Of a DNA stretch of 64,000 nt, positions 13,482 through 31,832 are shown piece after piece (position 1 is the first letter of the stretch; the number at the start of each line of letters is the position of its first letter). The notes below the pieces were generated by a model. It ran no database searches. It was not told the origin of the DNA and saw nothing but the letters and a program-made list of their open reading frames with translations. Source of the DNA: Octopus vulgaris (Eukaryota); NCBI GenBank assembly GCA_951406725.2, contig OX597834.1, forward strand, positions 37,882,001 through 37,946,000, in the 5' to 3' direction. A program made the translations under genes and the position numbers.

Positions 13482-14280
13482 CACACACACATACACATAT
13501 ATATATATATATATATATACATGCACATACGTATATGCGTATATTTGTACACATGCTCACACTCACAAATGTTGGCGTTTTCTAGTCCTCTTTTCGTCTA
13601 CTTAAAAACGCAGCTGCCTCGCACAACCTCGTCACCAAAAGTGTGCTGCAATCTAATTGTTTGCGCATGTCATTCTGCATATCACTATTTCAGTTATTCC
13701 TTTCCAAATTTATGTCATTAGCCAATTTGTGTTGGTTCCCTAGGTAATTACGTATACAAAGGAAACAAGGTTCGATTTGCAAGCTGATGATCGGAAACGA
13801 GCAACTCTGAGTACTGGTAATCGGAGTCTCTCAGTTAAGCTGCATTAAAGAGTACTCTGCACATTTTTATTGAGTCCTGTAATCTAATAGTTTCTGGTGA
13901 ATCAACTGAGATTTATTGGACGTGTGGTCGATAACGTTTACAATACTAGCGCTGCTCCTAATTCGTGGTTGAATATGCATCGTCGTAGCATACCAGCAAG
14001 TGGTTTTCATGCTATTAGTATATACCATGGACTGGTGATTCAGTTCGCCCCCAATCTGGTTCACGCACATGATGTTGGTAAGCCACAAAAGTGGTGAAAC
14101 ATCGATGTCCATCACTTGTGAAAGGGATTTGGGGTTAGCTGTCTCACCTGTTCATGACTTCCAGGTGTTTTAAGTGAGTCTTCCTCCTGTCGGCGCTAAA
14201 TCGTAGACAGCCGGAAAACAACCAGCGCGCACGTATTGAGTATGTGTGAACGATAATATATATATATATATATATATAAC

Positions 14281-14585
14281 TGGCACACCGTCGGTTACGA
14301 CGACGGGTGTTCCAGTCGATCCGATCAACGGAACAGCCTGCTCATGGAATTAACGTGCAAGTGGCTGAGTACTCCACAGACACACGTGCTCTTCCCGTAG
14401 TTCTCAGTATGACACAGAATGTGGCAAGGCCGACCCTTTCAATCACAGGTACAACTAATTTGTACCAGCTGAGTGAACTGGACCAACGAGAAATAAAACG
14501 TCTTGCTCAAGAACACAACGCGCCGCCGGGAATTGAACTCACGACCTTACGATCATAAGCCGAATGCCTTAACAACCAAGTCACA
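14281..14585 (-). mobile_element. tRNA-derived SINE family E
   Basis: Minus-strand head ..GTCGTGAGTTCAATTCC..GTGTTCTTGAGCAAGAC, with a tail shared with 48960-49068. Confidence 0.75.
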
Positions 14586-14616
14586 TATACATACATAAGT
14601 ATAGACGTGTGTGTGT

Positions 14617-14654
<38 letters not shown>

Positions 14655-15375
14655 ATAAATATATATGTATACATATGCACATGCATATATGACTAAGTGT
14701 GTGTATATGTGTGATTGTGTGTCTTAGTGTTTGTCTACATGTCTCTACATATTCCCCTGTATATGTCAGGAAATTACATACGCGTTATGAAATACCAATA
14801 GGAAAGAAGTAAACACTAGAACTGATCTTTGAAAATATACAAAGCGGTAATACATGGGGCTATGTCAATACACACGGACACGGAGATCGATACAAAAGGA
14901 CCGGATATTTTTTCAGAAATTATCTTACATGCAAATATGGAAATAGAGGTGAATGTGAGGATTGAAAAGAGAAATATCACAGGAATGTAGAATTTCAGGT
15001 GACTTGGAAATGATTGAGAAATGGCAAACAAATACGCAACGAAATTTCAGGGATATACAACACGCAGAAAATAGCAATATTACAAATACGTACAGCGTAC
15101 AGAAAATGGTAATGATATGTACTGCCAATGTGTAGGATATTCAGGAAATAGTAATACTACGTAATACTGTGGAAAATACGTGACATTGCAATACGAGGGA
15201 GTATAAAAATATACAACCTATGAAAAATGGTACTCTTAGCTATCATATAAAGAAAATAATAAACTGCTAAATGAAGCTGAATTTTAATTAATCCATTTCA
15301 GTGAAGAGGCTGCACTTATGTTAACCCACACTCTTCCCTCGAGTGTAAATCTTGTGCATTAAAACACCGCTAATG

Positions 15376-15655
15376 ACCTCGAAGTAACTGTCGATAACAA
15401 CTTAAGTTGGAGTGCCCACATAAAGAACAAAGTCGACAGGTCGTGCTTCTTGATGCTCAGTACTTTTCGGTCAAGGGACGGACCTACCGTTATCGTTCTC
15501 TTCTCCATTTTCGTCCGTCCTCACCCTGAATACTTTCGTCCGCTGGGGGTCTCCCTACACGAAACGAAATATCCTAAAAACTGAAGCATCTCAGAGATCG
15601 ATCACCAGGAAAATAAACAGGCAGGTCTTGATTATTGGGATCATCCCGAGAGACG
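15376..15655 (+). pseudogene. CR1/L2-type LINE RT C-terminal fragment
   Basis: Translates as DLEVTVDNNLSWSAHI..STFRSR..FVRPHPEY..SPY..KTEASQRSITRKI, matching the CR1-clade DLGV..D..L.W..HI / VRP.LEY..W.P / E..QR pattern. Confidence 0.75.
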
Positions 15656-15682
15656 CAAACTTCAGTTTTTGAGGAGAGTACT

Positions 15683-16043
15683 TGACTGGTGGCTATTTTA
15701 TTGGCCACGGAAAGAATGAAAGGCAAAGTCAACTTAGGTGGGATTCGAACTTAGAACGTAAAGACGTACGAAATGTCACTAAGCAGTTTGTTCGACGTGC
15801 TAACAATTCTGCCAGCTTGCCACCTTATAATCCTTTCGGCTATAGGCTAAGGCCTGAAATTTAGGGGAGAGGGGATAGTCGATTACATCGACCCCAGTTC
15901 TCAACTGGTATTTGTTTTATTGACCCTGAAAGGGTGAAAGGCGAAATTGACCTCAGCGGAATTTGAACTCAGAACGTAAAGACGAACGAAATACGACTAA
16001 GCAATTTGTTCGACGTGCTAACAATTCTGCCAGCGCGCCGCCT
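15683..16043 (-). mobile_element. Two tandem SINE family B copies
   Basis: Repeated GAACT(C/T)AGAACGTAAAGACG..GCTAACAATTCTGCCAGC. Confidence 0.8.
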
Positions 16044-16328
16044 CAATTCTCAAGTAATGACATTTGAAATAATTCTAATTAATTGATGTTTCCTCAAGAC
16101 TCAAAATCACGTGATTAACATTAAGGTCGTGGAAGAATCATTAAGAAAGGTCAGGTGTGTTGTTTAAAGAGGGAAACTTATCGAGGGGTTTTGTTTGCTT
16201 GCTAATTGATATTGTATCCAGTATAATCCACCTTTTTCTACAAACTGAATATTGGGAAAAGAACTTAACGACGGTCATTAAGTTGGTACAGCATCGACCA
16301 ACAGGTCATTCAATATGTATTTATGTAA

Positions 16329-16540
16329 GGCGGTGAGCTGGCAGAAACGTTAGCGCGCCGGGCAAAATGCTCAGTGGTATTTCGTCTGCCGCTAGGTTCT
16401 GAGTTCAAATTCTACCGAAGTCGACTTTGCCTTTCTTCTTTTCGGGGTCGATAAATTAAGTACCAGTTGCGTACTGTGGTCGATCTAATCGACTGGCCCA
16501 CTCCCCAAAAATGCCGTACTTTGCGCCTAGAGTAAAAAAG
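16329..16540 (+). mobile_element. SINE family B, full length
   Basis: GGCGGTGAGCTGGCAGAAACGTTAG (A-box-like), GAGTTCAAATT (B-box), ..GGGGTCGATAAATTAAGTACCAG. Confidence 0.85.
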
Positions 16541-17109
16541 AATGTGTGTGTGTGTGTGTGGTAAGTGCCACTGAGTCGCTGTGTAACTTCTGCAGATTAA
16601 ATATATATTTTGTATGTATGTGTAGCAACTAGTACTGAACATTTGTACAAGAATAGATATGAATCCTTCTAAATTAAAAAAAGGAACGGAAAGTTCCCTC
16701 AGACAACTCCATTAGTGTCCCCGTTGGATTATTAGATAACTTTAAAGATCTGGACCTCGCTATTCATAAAATATTTGGATCGGGAAACCATTGGAAAAAT
16801 GGAAACGAAACAATTTAGTGATATTGCGAAATATGCACATTTATTCCCTTTATATAATTTTCATACACACATATACACATTAACATACACACACACAGAG
16901 AAGACTTTTAACCCACAACTCTCGTTCCGAAATTTTCCGAAATTGCTGTTGCTATATTAACGCTGCGTCTCTGAAGATCTATAAGAGGAAAATGAAATTC
17001 TGCAAAAGATTATGAAGTTCAAAAACTAAAATACATTATTTACTTGACTAGTGGGACCTCTTGAAAGAATTTGCTCTCATTTTGCTTCCAATTTATTATC
17101 TACATAGCG

Positions 17110-18995
<1,886 letters not shown>

Positions 18996-19122
18996 AAAAG
19001 GTAAACAAAAGTTCCCCAATATATAGAATATAAAAAAATAAATATTACGCGGAAATGCTTATCTTTGTATAATTCCCAAAATAAAGTCTCTTATTCAAAG
19101 AAATTTTGCTCTGTATAAACGC

Positions 19123-19265
19123 TTCGGCGAAATGCTTAGCGGCATTTCGTCTATCTTTACGTTATGAGTTCAGATGTCGCCGAGGTCGATTTTGCCTCTT
19201 ATCCTTTCGGGGCCGATGAAATAAGTACCAGCTAAGAATTGGGGTCGATGTAATTGACTTACTCG
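19123..19265 (+). mobile_element. SINE family B, partial
   Basis: Matches 16329-16540. Confidence 0.7.
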
Positions 19266-19824
19266 CTACCTTATCCACCACCATCACCACCACCACCACC
19301 ATCACCACCAACACCACCACCACCACCACCACCAACACCACCACCACCACCACCACCACCAACACCACCACCACCACCACCACCACCACCACCACCACCA
19401 CCACCGCCACCACCACCACCACACCGAAATTTTTGGATTTGTGCCAAAATTCGAAACCGATACTACTTCCGTATTCCCTTCATAAATATCGCTGTAAATA
19501 TCACTCGATTTGCTAGAAAGAAAAGCCAAATCTCTCTCTCAGATCGAACAGTATTGTTTTAACAAGACTTTATGTAATAGATAATTTAGTTCAATGTCAA
19601 ACACGGCTTGAGTTCTTGTGCCGTCAATTTTGACGCCGGTTGTTCAACAGGGTAAACGGGTAACGATCCCCGTCTGTCATGAATGATCGTTAGTTTGCAC
19701 CTAGAAAGTTCCCTTCCAAGGCACAAGTCCGGGCAAGGTTGTTTGTGGAAGATCAACAGTAACCCATACATACCGGAAATAAATCAATCTTATAAACTGA
19801 CAAGGCGAGCTGAGTTTAACCCAA

Positions 19825-19898
19825 GGCACTAGGTGAGAGTCACTGATGAGCATTAATATAAATGCGAAATCACTGTGATCTGGTTATGCCTAGGTGCT
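19825..19898 (+). ncRNA. Type I hammerhead ribozyme
   Basis: AGUCA CUGAUGA GCAUU aauaua AAUGC GAAA UCAC u GUGA UC^ UGGUU. Helix I is extended by UAGG/CCUA and GCAC/GUGC. Helix III is palindromic. Confidence 0.88.
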
Positions 19899-21685
19899 GA
19901 GGGAGCTTGTCTCCCTTATCTGTCATTAAGATAAGTGCTTCTTGTGGCTATGAGTTGTGTTAGCTCTTATTTCTAGCACTGCTGGTGCTGTGTATGACAT
20001 TAAGTTGCATTCGGTAGTGGAGTTCTGATTTAAGTATTCAGGATTTCAAAGTGTCTGGAACCACCCCTTAGCCACGATTATTCCTTAGTCTTCTCTGACC
20101 ATGAATCGTAGAACCTGTCAGGATTCCAGATACGATTTAATTGGCATGTTATGGAAGAAACCCCTAGCAAAACCCCTCACAGGCTTAAGAGTTCTTTGGG
20201 AAACGAAACAGCAATGGGAGCTACACGGGGTAGCAAATACAGCAGTTGAATGTCTCAAGCATTTTGGTACCGTCTTTGATATTGTTCCGGCCATTCCAGA
20301 GTTAGTGGAGCTCTCCAGTTCGATAAGGAGAAGGTCACTAATGTAAAACCTAGAGCTTACTAGTCACTGCCGCTGTCTTAGCCTGCTGAGCCATTGAGGT
20401 CGGGTCCACCTCTAAAGAGTAAAATCGGACCTCGCGAACTGACTTTTACTTTAAAACTCCTAAGCGCCGTCAAGTAGAAAACCTTTGCAGCATCAAAGAT
20501 CGGTGTTTACATTGTCGTGTGAGGGCGTGGCTGCTCTTCCTCGCGATCATCGGACGCGAAGAAACTGTCATCACCGTCATCGTCGTCGTCATCATCATCG
20601 TCGTCGTCACCGTTATCATCATCATCATTACCATCATCATCATCATCATCATCATCACCATCATCATCGTCGTCGTCGTCGTCGTCATCATCATCATCAT
20701 CAACGTCATAATCATCATCATCATCAACATCATCATCATCATCATCATCATCCTCATCATCATCATCAACATCATCATCATCATCATCATCAGCGTCATC
20801 AACATCATCTGCATCAGCACATATGTGTGTGTGCGTGTGAGTGTGTGATTTTTTTATATGTATATATAACATATTTATATGCATATATACACCTTCATGT
20901 GTATGGGTGCGTATTTCTGATCATGTGTGTATATGTATGCATATGCATTGTATGCTTGTGCATATATGTGTGTGTGTGTGGGTGTGTGTGTGGGTGTCTG
21001 TGTGTGTTATACGTACATATGTTGTACATCACGTACATCCGAGAAAATTACCGATGTAAACCATCAACCAGTTTCCTCTCACTTTTTCGTAACACATGCG
21101 CACATCAACACGCCCCGTCCCCCCCTACACACACACACACACACACACACGCACAATTGCATACACATCTGGTCTACACTTAATCATATTACCTGTTTAT
21201 ATTTCCTTCTCCCACCCCCATCCACCCACCCCTGCAACCTCCCAACATTTCTTTTCTTTTATTTTCTATTTTCTTTTCCTCTTTTTTTTTTCTTCTCGAT
21301 CGACGCTTAAAATTTTCTATTTACTCGGCGACCATTTTTGTAAGTTTATCTTTTCAACCATTTTCTACGTTCAGCTCTGTACATTTCCGATCGTACATTA
21401 GTTGGGTTTTCTTAAATACAAATTCAGAAACACTTTTCTGTGTTTTTTTTTCCTTTTCTTTTCGCCAGTAAAACTCTCAGCTTTAAGCGGACATATCATC
21501 GGAAAGCGAATTCATATATCCGAACATATCTCGGTATTGTATACAGAGTTGATATTTGCTTGTTTTCGGAAGTTTTCTTATGATGGTATCATGCTTCTAA
21601 ACTATATACAGGATCGTGTACATATTTGCGTATACACCCACACACAAGTACACACATATATATGTATATATAGATAGATGTATGT

Positions 21686-21722
<37 letters not shown>

Positions 21723-21837
21723 TGTATATGTGTGTGTATGTATCTATGTATGTATGTATATACGTAATAATATCCATACATCGATACACCTCTTCCAAAA
21801 CATACACACGTATACGTGGGCGTATGAGTGTTCCAAT

Positions 21838-21957
<120 letters not shown>

Positions 21958-22071
21958 TATATGTATATTATACATATATACAAAACGTACTGGAACACAC
22001 ACACACACACACATAAATATATGTATATATGTATGTATATGTATATATATATATATAGAGAGAGAGAGATA

Positions 22072-22169
<98 letters not shown>

Positions 22170-22626
22170 GTAGATAGACATATAGACAGCTATAGATATA
22201 ACATATATACTTATATGCAGACTTATGTATATGTATATGTATATATGTGTATGTATGTATATATATATATGCATATACATACCTATGTACATATATATAT
22301 ATGTATGTATTTGTGAATGTATATATATATATATTTAAAGAGAGTGGAGGAACAGAGAGTGAGAGAGAGAGAGAGAGTAAGATAGTGAGCTAAGAGGACA
22401 CAAATACATACACAGACACAAACATAAACTGACGGATAGATATACAGACTGGTGTGAAAAGATATAGCCATAATTGCGTGTATATGTATATACATATACG
22501 CGTATAAGTATGGGGGAAAGAGAGACAGAAAGCGACAGATACGTATGGAAAGTGGCATTGGTAGATTGACAGATAGATCGATTAGTGTGGAAAAAAGATC
22601 CATTGATACGTGCGTGTATGTTTGTG

Positions 22627-22688
<62 letters not shown>

Positions 22689-22690
22689 TT

Positions 22691-22760
<70 letters not shown>

Positions 22761-23624
22761 GAGAGGGGGGGAGACAAGCAGATATGAAAAGATAATATAT
22801 ATATATTGCATGTTTGTGTATATAGACAGACAGACAAACATAGACAGACACAGATACAGAGATAGAGATAGAGAAACTTTGTTAGAATTTGTCAATGTGT
22901 GTGTATGTGCGTGTGGGTGTGAGTATGTGTGTATGTGTGTGTGTGTGTGCGTGTGCGTGTGTGTTTCCGCACCATCACATACGCCGTCATCATCTCCACC
23001 TCAACTCCCAGGATAAACATCCCCACCAGACACATACAGACACACAGGCACACACTCATCCACACACACACATTCATATTCACACACTCAAGCATCCATA
23101 CACACACAATTCATACACACACACACACACACGCACTCACACATACACACACACACTCACACACGTTCACTCAGACACATATTCACACATACACACTCAT
23201 TTACAAACACATTCACATTCACACACGCACACTCACACATTCACGGACACGCACACAGACACATTCATACATACGCACATATACACACAATTCACACATA
23301 CACACACACACATTCACACACAAATGCACACGTTCATACACACACATATTCACATATATATATGCACACAAACATTCACACACACAAACGCACACATATA
23401 CGCACACACATATTTACACACACACATGCACACAAAACATTCACACACACAAACGCATACATATACACACACACATATTTACACATACACATGCATACAC
23501 ATTCACACACAAATGCACACATACGCACATACATACACACACGTGCATTAACACACACATACACAAATATATTTACACATGCACATGCACACACATTCAC
23601 ATTCACACACAAAAACGTACACAT

Positions 23625-23659
<35 letters not shown>

Positions 23660-24260
23660 CACACATACCGATTCCCACACACACACACGCACATGTAGAG
23701 AATCTCCGAAGTACTATTTACTTAATAGATGTGTCAGTTGATACCTGATGGTTACACATCACATGAAATACAAAAACAGGAGAAGAAAAAAATTGATAAA
23801 TAAACAAAGAACACAACAAAACAACACAAAATATTAACGACAACAACAATTTTACCAAAAAAAATACATATGCGAAAAAAAATAACTACAGTTGCCAAGA
23901 AAGACATATGGAAACGTTGACGTGATATTATTGGCAGAATAAATGTTGCTTCCTTCCTTCCATATATATTATTTACTTATTATATAAATACATTTCATCC
24001 GTTCCATATTATTTTTTATACATACATACATATATATACATATATATATATACACAAACACACATACATACATGCATACATACATGCATACGTACATACA
24101 TACGTACATACATACATACATACATACATACATACATACATACACACATACATACATACATGCATACATACACACACACATACATACATGCATGCATACA
24201 TACATACATACATACTTACGTACATACATACATGCATACATACATACATACATACATACA

Positions 24261-24296
<36 letters not shown>

Positions 24297-24904
24297 TACA
24301 TATATATATACACACACACACATACATACGTGCATATGTGTGTGTGGATGTATGTGAGTAAATATATATATATATATATATATATGCATATATATACATA
24401 TCTATGTATATAAGTATGTATATGTGTGTGCATGTGTGTAAATATATACATATGTATATATACATATATATGTATATATGTGTGTATATATATATGTGTG
24501 TGTGTGTGTGTGTAGAGTTTGGTATTTATATTTACACAACTTATTAACTTTTTATTGTTTTTTTGCCGGTTTATTTACTCAATGCATATTATGTATATTT
24601 TTTTTTTACAATTTATCTATTTATTATTCTTATTAGCATTATTAATATTATTGTTGCTACTGCAGTTGTTGCTATTGCTGTTGTTCTTGTTGTTATTGTT
24701 GTTGTTGCTGTCGTTGTTGTTTTTGTTGTTGTTGTTTTTTTGTTGTTGTTTGTGCAATATTTTTTACAGATGGTTATTCAGGATAATGTTATTAAGAAAA
24801 TCTGTCTATCCGTAGATTCATGATGGCGTCTCTCTCTCTCTCTCTCTCTCTCTACGTCTCTCTTTCTCTCTTTCTTTTTCTCTCTCTTCCTCTCTCTCTC
24901 TATG

Positions 24905-24935
<31 letters not shown>

Positions 24936-25125
24936 CGTCCTCTCCCTCTTTCCTTCTTTGTCTCTTCCCATTACCCCCACCTCATTTCCTCTCTCTCTTT
25001 CTCTTACTCTGTCGCCATTTCTCAACTACACATGTTTTTTTCTTTTCATATTCATTCATTTATTGTGGCTTCCTATGTCCTCACCTATCGCTCTCTCTCT
25101 CTCTCTCTTTCTCTCCCTTGCCCCA

Positions 25126-25251
<126 letters not shown>

Positions 25252-25320
25252 CATAGATATATGAATATCCATATATATATCGATGTATGTCTGCATATAT
25301 ATATATGTATATATATATAT

Positions 25321-25401
<81 letters not shown>

Positions 25402-25634
25402 TAAGCATGATATATATAAAATATTTAAAACCATTATTAAATATGCGTATATGTGTGCGTTGGCGTATACATATGAGTATATATCTATATATACTGACAT
25501 GAGTGTGTGTGCGTGAGTGTGTGTGCGTGTGAGTGTGTGTGTACATATATTCATGTTATGTCTCTGTGAGTATATATGCTCACCCAAACGCACGCATAAA
25601 CACACATACATATACATGTGTGTGCATGTATACA

Positions 25635-25686
<52 letters not shown>

Positions 25687-26034
25687 TGTGTGTGTGTTTG
25701 TGTGTGTGTGTAAACTATTTCGAAATTTGGATTAATTTTTTCCCCCCATTTGAAATCTTTGCGTACGTACGCGCCAGTGTCCGTCTATGTATGCGCCTCT
25801 CCATACGTGTCCTTCCCAAGCATGTGTATGCGCATATTAATGTATTTCCTCAAATGTATGTGTGCATTTCTGTACGTGTTTGAACTTACGAATTTGCACA
25901 TCTGCGTGTGTGTATGAGTGTGTATATACATGCTATATATTGCTATGTATCTATCATGAGGTGCCTTTCGCTTTGCATTGAATAAACTAAAAGTCATTTA
26001 CATACGCAAGTACAATCTAAATAAACATGCATAC

Positions 26035-26072
<38 letters not shown>

Positions 26073-26222
26073 CATGCAGATATATATATATATCCATACA
26101 TACATATATATACATATATATACATATATATATATACATGCAGATATATATATATCCATACGTACATATGTATACATATATATATATGCATGTATATGTA
26201 TATACATATACATATATATACA

Positions 26223-26270
<48 letters not shown>

Positions 26271-26356
26271 TGTATATCTGTCTTAATGTATATATGTATA
26301 GGTATGCACACGCACAGCTTAACAAATGCATACACAAAATATAGACAGGCAGATAG

Positions 26357-26412
<56 letters not shown>

Positions 26413-26840
26413 CGTGTGCTTCATTATTTAGCAGGTATATAGATATGCCATGCATTTCCCTCTTTTTTGACAACTCCTAGTTTAATGTGTTGGAGCCACA
26501 CGATGCGTTTGTGTCATGGCGCTGTTCGTATCTGGTTTCATGTTCAATAATAGTTCATTCAACAACATTCTTTATAAAACAGAATAATTTCTTAAAGCAT
26601 CGCGTACCATACATGCGTTTGTGTGTGTGTGTGTGTGCATGCGTATATATACTTGTGTGTGTGTATATATATATATACTTGTGTGTGTATATATATATAT
26701 ACTTGTGTGTGTATACTTGTGTGTGTGTTTTTTATAAAATAAAATAATTTCTTTAAAACATCAAGCCTTGTGCTGTGCTGTTACTGCGGTTACAGCAATT
26801 ACATTCCATGCAGGGGTTTGTTTGGAATTTACTGGAAATA

Positions 26841-28080
<1,240 letters not shown>

Positions 28081-28417
28081 CATCATAGCCATATGTTGAG
28101 AGAAAGCTTTTGAGGTTTGAATAATTCACCCCTGGAAACGTGGGTGTTTCATACATCATCCTTAAAGAACCATTATTCAGGACTTCTAAGCATGATGGGC
28201 TACTCAACCAGAAGAAAATCCTAACTGGGCCCCTCTTGCAATGTTATGCGCTGTTTATATTGATATGAGGTCGTCTTGTCGGGTACATATGTCTGTCATG
28301 CATGTTCCTGGTGTGCCATTATCAGACAGGTAGTCATGATGGATATATATAGGGCTTCGTGTATCTGTACCCAAAGTCAATTTGATGTCATGCATTGCTC
28401 TCTTACTCCATAATAAT

Positions 28418-29315
28418 ATCGGGATGAATATGGGGATGGACAAATGTGCTGGGGTCATACTGAGGAGAGACAAAGTAATCATCACTGAAAACACTGCATT
28501 CAACGGAGACACGGAAATCAGAGAATTTGACCACAATCGCTCGTTCAAATGTCTAAGAAAAGACGAAAGAGCTGAAATACAACACAGAGAAATGACAGAC
28601 GAAATTAGGAGAGACTAGTACAGAACAGTCAGACTAACATTAAAAGCTGAGCTCAATGCTAAAAATAAGATAATAGGGATAAACACGCTGGGCATACCAG
28701 TCATAAATTACAGCTTCAATATGATAAACTGGAAGATCAGTGAATTGAGAAACTTATATAGGAAAACCAGGAAACTATTAACAGTATATCAAAGTCGCCA
28801 GAGAATATATCTACCCTGCTCAGAAGAAGACCGTGGTCTGATATAGATGGGGAACTACTATAAAATATGAACAGTTGGACTATAAAAGCACTTAGAAACA
28901 AAAAGTGAAAGATTACTGCATGTAATAAAGCAACACGAGAAAAAGAAAATGATGACCAAATACAAAACAGAAACAAACTATACTGATACACTGACCTCAA
29001 ATGACAACATAGCAGAAATGGTAAAAAAGATATACAACATGAAAACAGAACTACAACACATACTAAAGAAGAAATGAAGAGAAAAAATCACTCCATGGCC
29101 AATACCCTGCAATGCTTGACAGAGAAGTGAAGTTAAGTAAAAGCCTACAATGGCTCAAAAGTTCTGGACTAAAAGTTGAAATGGAAGAACTAATTTCTCG
29201 CTGCACAACACCACAAGTAACCATAAAAGCAAAATAATGAAAACAGGCTCTAACACTAAATGCAGAATGTAAGAGTTGACAACATCATCTCTAGCTGCCC
29301 AGTCCTTGCCAAATC

Positions 29316-29404
<89 letters not shown>

Positions 29405-29835
29405 ATTGGACACTTTGCAACAAGTATGGAAATGACAGAGCAAAAGATTGGTAAGACCACAAACCCGAAGGCATCATCGAAAATAAAAATGCAAAGATCC
29501 TATGGGATCCTGATTCAGTGCGACCATGAGACAGAGAATAGGAAGCCAGACACAGTCTTAACTGAGAAAGAAAACAAACTATGCTGGATCATAGATGCAG
29601 CATGCCCAGCTGACAACAAGGTATGCGATAAGGAACAAAAGTCGATAGATACGACAGGTTAGCTTGGGAAGTTAAGCAGTTGTGGTCAATGAAAAAGGTA
29701 GCAGTTGTATCAATAATTGTCGGAACCCTGGGAACATTGAGCAAAAATCTCGAGAAGTATGAGGAACAAATAGGGGCTGCAATAAGAGTGGAGCACTTTC
29801 AGAAAACAACACTGCTTGGAACAGCTCGAATACTC
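28418..29835 (+). pseudogene. Decayed R4/Dong-like non-LTR retrotransposon (RT C-terminus + restriction-like endonuclease)
   Basis: Frameshifted motifs IGMNMGMDKCA, ELNAKNKIIGINTLGIPVINYSF, LHGQY, NRKPDTVL..CWIIDAACP (PD..D endonuclease), VSIIVGTLG and QKTTLLGTARIL. Interrupted by (TA)n at about 29320-29400. Confidence 0.85.
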
Positions 29836-29899
29836 CTTTTTTTTTATTATTCCAAGTGCACCAATTATTTACGGTATTGCGCAGGCCTTCAATGCCACA

Positions 29900-31290
29900 T
29901 TTTCTCAATTTCAATTATTCTTCTGCAAACCTCCTACTTTCCATCGTGAGTGAAAATCATTTTTTTCGTTTCTTTCATGTTTTGCAACCATTTTCAGCCT
30001 CAAAATCATCTGCAGTTTTAAGGTATTGTTCGAATCCAATGGTTTATATTTTGCATAATAACTCAAACTGGATCATTTCTCTGCCTTGTCTTAGGAGAAA
30101 GAGGCGATCCACATCTACTTTTGGGTGATATAATTTATTACAGGTCAGAAGCTTCTTATGAGACTTATGATGCTGGAATTTATAGTTCTTTCGGTTTGTG
30201 ACGACATTAGATTTGTATCCCATACAGACAATGTATTTTAAGTTTGATATTGCTGAAAATAAATTTCAGGATATCCAACTTTTCCAAAATCTGTGGGTGG
30301 AAGACACTCTCAAACGCTTTTTGTTTTTATCAACTCAGGCAGTATTCAAACTTAAATGTTTTCATGGCGTGAACAGTTAATTAGAAGTTGGTCTTTGCAT
30401 CCGTAAGACTCATGACGTCAACCTTTCTGACGATCTTCGTCCATAAATTTCTTGGTTGTCTCAGTCAAAATTGAGGCGAGAATTTTGTCTGATGGGGAGA
30501 GGCAGGAGATGGGACGATAATATTTTGGAATATTTGTTTCTGTTGATTTTGGCAAGAAATATGCTATACTTTGTGCAAACCAAACCAGGAGTTTTTCCAG
30601 GGTTGTGCATAATTTCGTTATAACATCTTAACAGCATGTCATGGGTAGTTATTAGAGAAGATAACCAGAAGTTTGGCACTTTGTCAATGCAAGGAGATTT
30701 CCATTTGTTGGCTTTGTTTGGTACTAACTCAAGTTCTTCCATAGTTATGTCTTGCCAAGTCTGTCTTTCTAAAGTATTGAATATTTCTTCCATGCTTTTT
30801 ATCCATTCCGCATTCTTATACTGGGATATTTCTGTACTCCATACTGTCTTCTAAAATTCTTCAACCTCTTAAATTGAAGGAGGTCGCTTTATATGAATTG
30901 TCTGTGCCGCAATTAACTTGTAAAACCTTTTTGCGTCCGACAAACACCGTATGTTTTGCCGGTAAAATCCGTTTCATTTTTCGAATTTTCTGATTCTTTC
31001 AGCTGTCGTCTGTACTTTCAGTTGTCGTCTGTTTCGGGATCTCTTTGGTTGAAGGAGTATCATACACTGAAGTTACATTGTATTTTTGAATTACCTTCCG
31101 TCCTTTTCTTAACTTGATAGATTTCCTAGTATATATTTCATCCAAGATCGATATTTCTCCTCATCATCATTTCAATTTCTTTCTCAATTTTTATCTTCCG
31201 GGGTGAAAGTTTTTTCCTGCAGTTGTTGTGTCCTTTTCGCCTTTTCCTTGACACACATTTCCTTTTGGATATCGTCGCTACTGCATGTAT
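29900..31290 (-). pseudogene. Second decayed R4/Dong-like LINE fragment, internally deleted
   Basis: Minus-strand motifs WKSPCIDKVPNFWL (RT N-terminus) and RKLLTCNKLYHPKVDVDRL (post-RT region). Confidence 0.7.
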
Positions 31291-31449
31291 AACCTCATCC
31301 AATGGCGATGATACATGTATCAATAAAGTACAGGGATCTACGCAACTTCAGACCGTGCACCTTGGTTATTGTTCTGGTGGTGGATTGGCAAAAACGTCAT
31401 TAGCCACAATAGTAAGAACTAGACACCTGATGAATGCTGGAGGGCATAT

Positions 31450-31832
31450 CTAATCGACTTAATCCCTTTGTCTGTCCTTGCTTGTCCCTTTTATGTTTAG
31501 CCCATTGTGGGCAATAAAGAAATAAGGAACGTCGGCACGCCGGACAAAATGCTTAGCGGTATTTCATCTGTCTTTACGTTCTGAGTTCAAATTCAAAGGC
31601 GGCGAGTTGGCAGAAACGTTAGCACGCCGGGCGAAATGCTTAGCAGTATAGCGTGTGCCGTTACGTTCTGAGTTCAAATTCCGCCGAGGTCGACTTTGCC
31701 TTTCATCCTTTCGGGGTCGATAAATTCAGTACCAATTACGCAGTGGGGTCGATGTAATCGACTTAATCCCTTTATCTGTCCTTGTTTGTCCCCTTTATGT
31801 TTAGCCCCCTTGTGGGCAATAAAGAAATAAGA
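31450..31832 (+). mobile_element. SINE family B cluster with AATAAAGAAATAAG tail
   Basis: A tail module, a partial head and a full copy at 31598-31832. Confidence 0.8.

Noticed and set aside
13780-13810. CTGATGA..GAAAC hammerhead-like core
   Set aside because: No helix II and no UH site with a pairing helix I.
16965-17005. CTGAAGA-TCT..AGA-GGAAA
   Set aside because: No helix III or helix I; expected by chance in AT-rich DNA.
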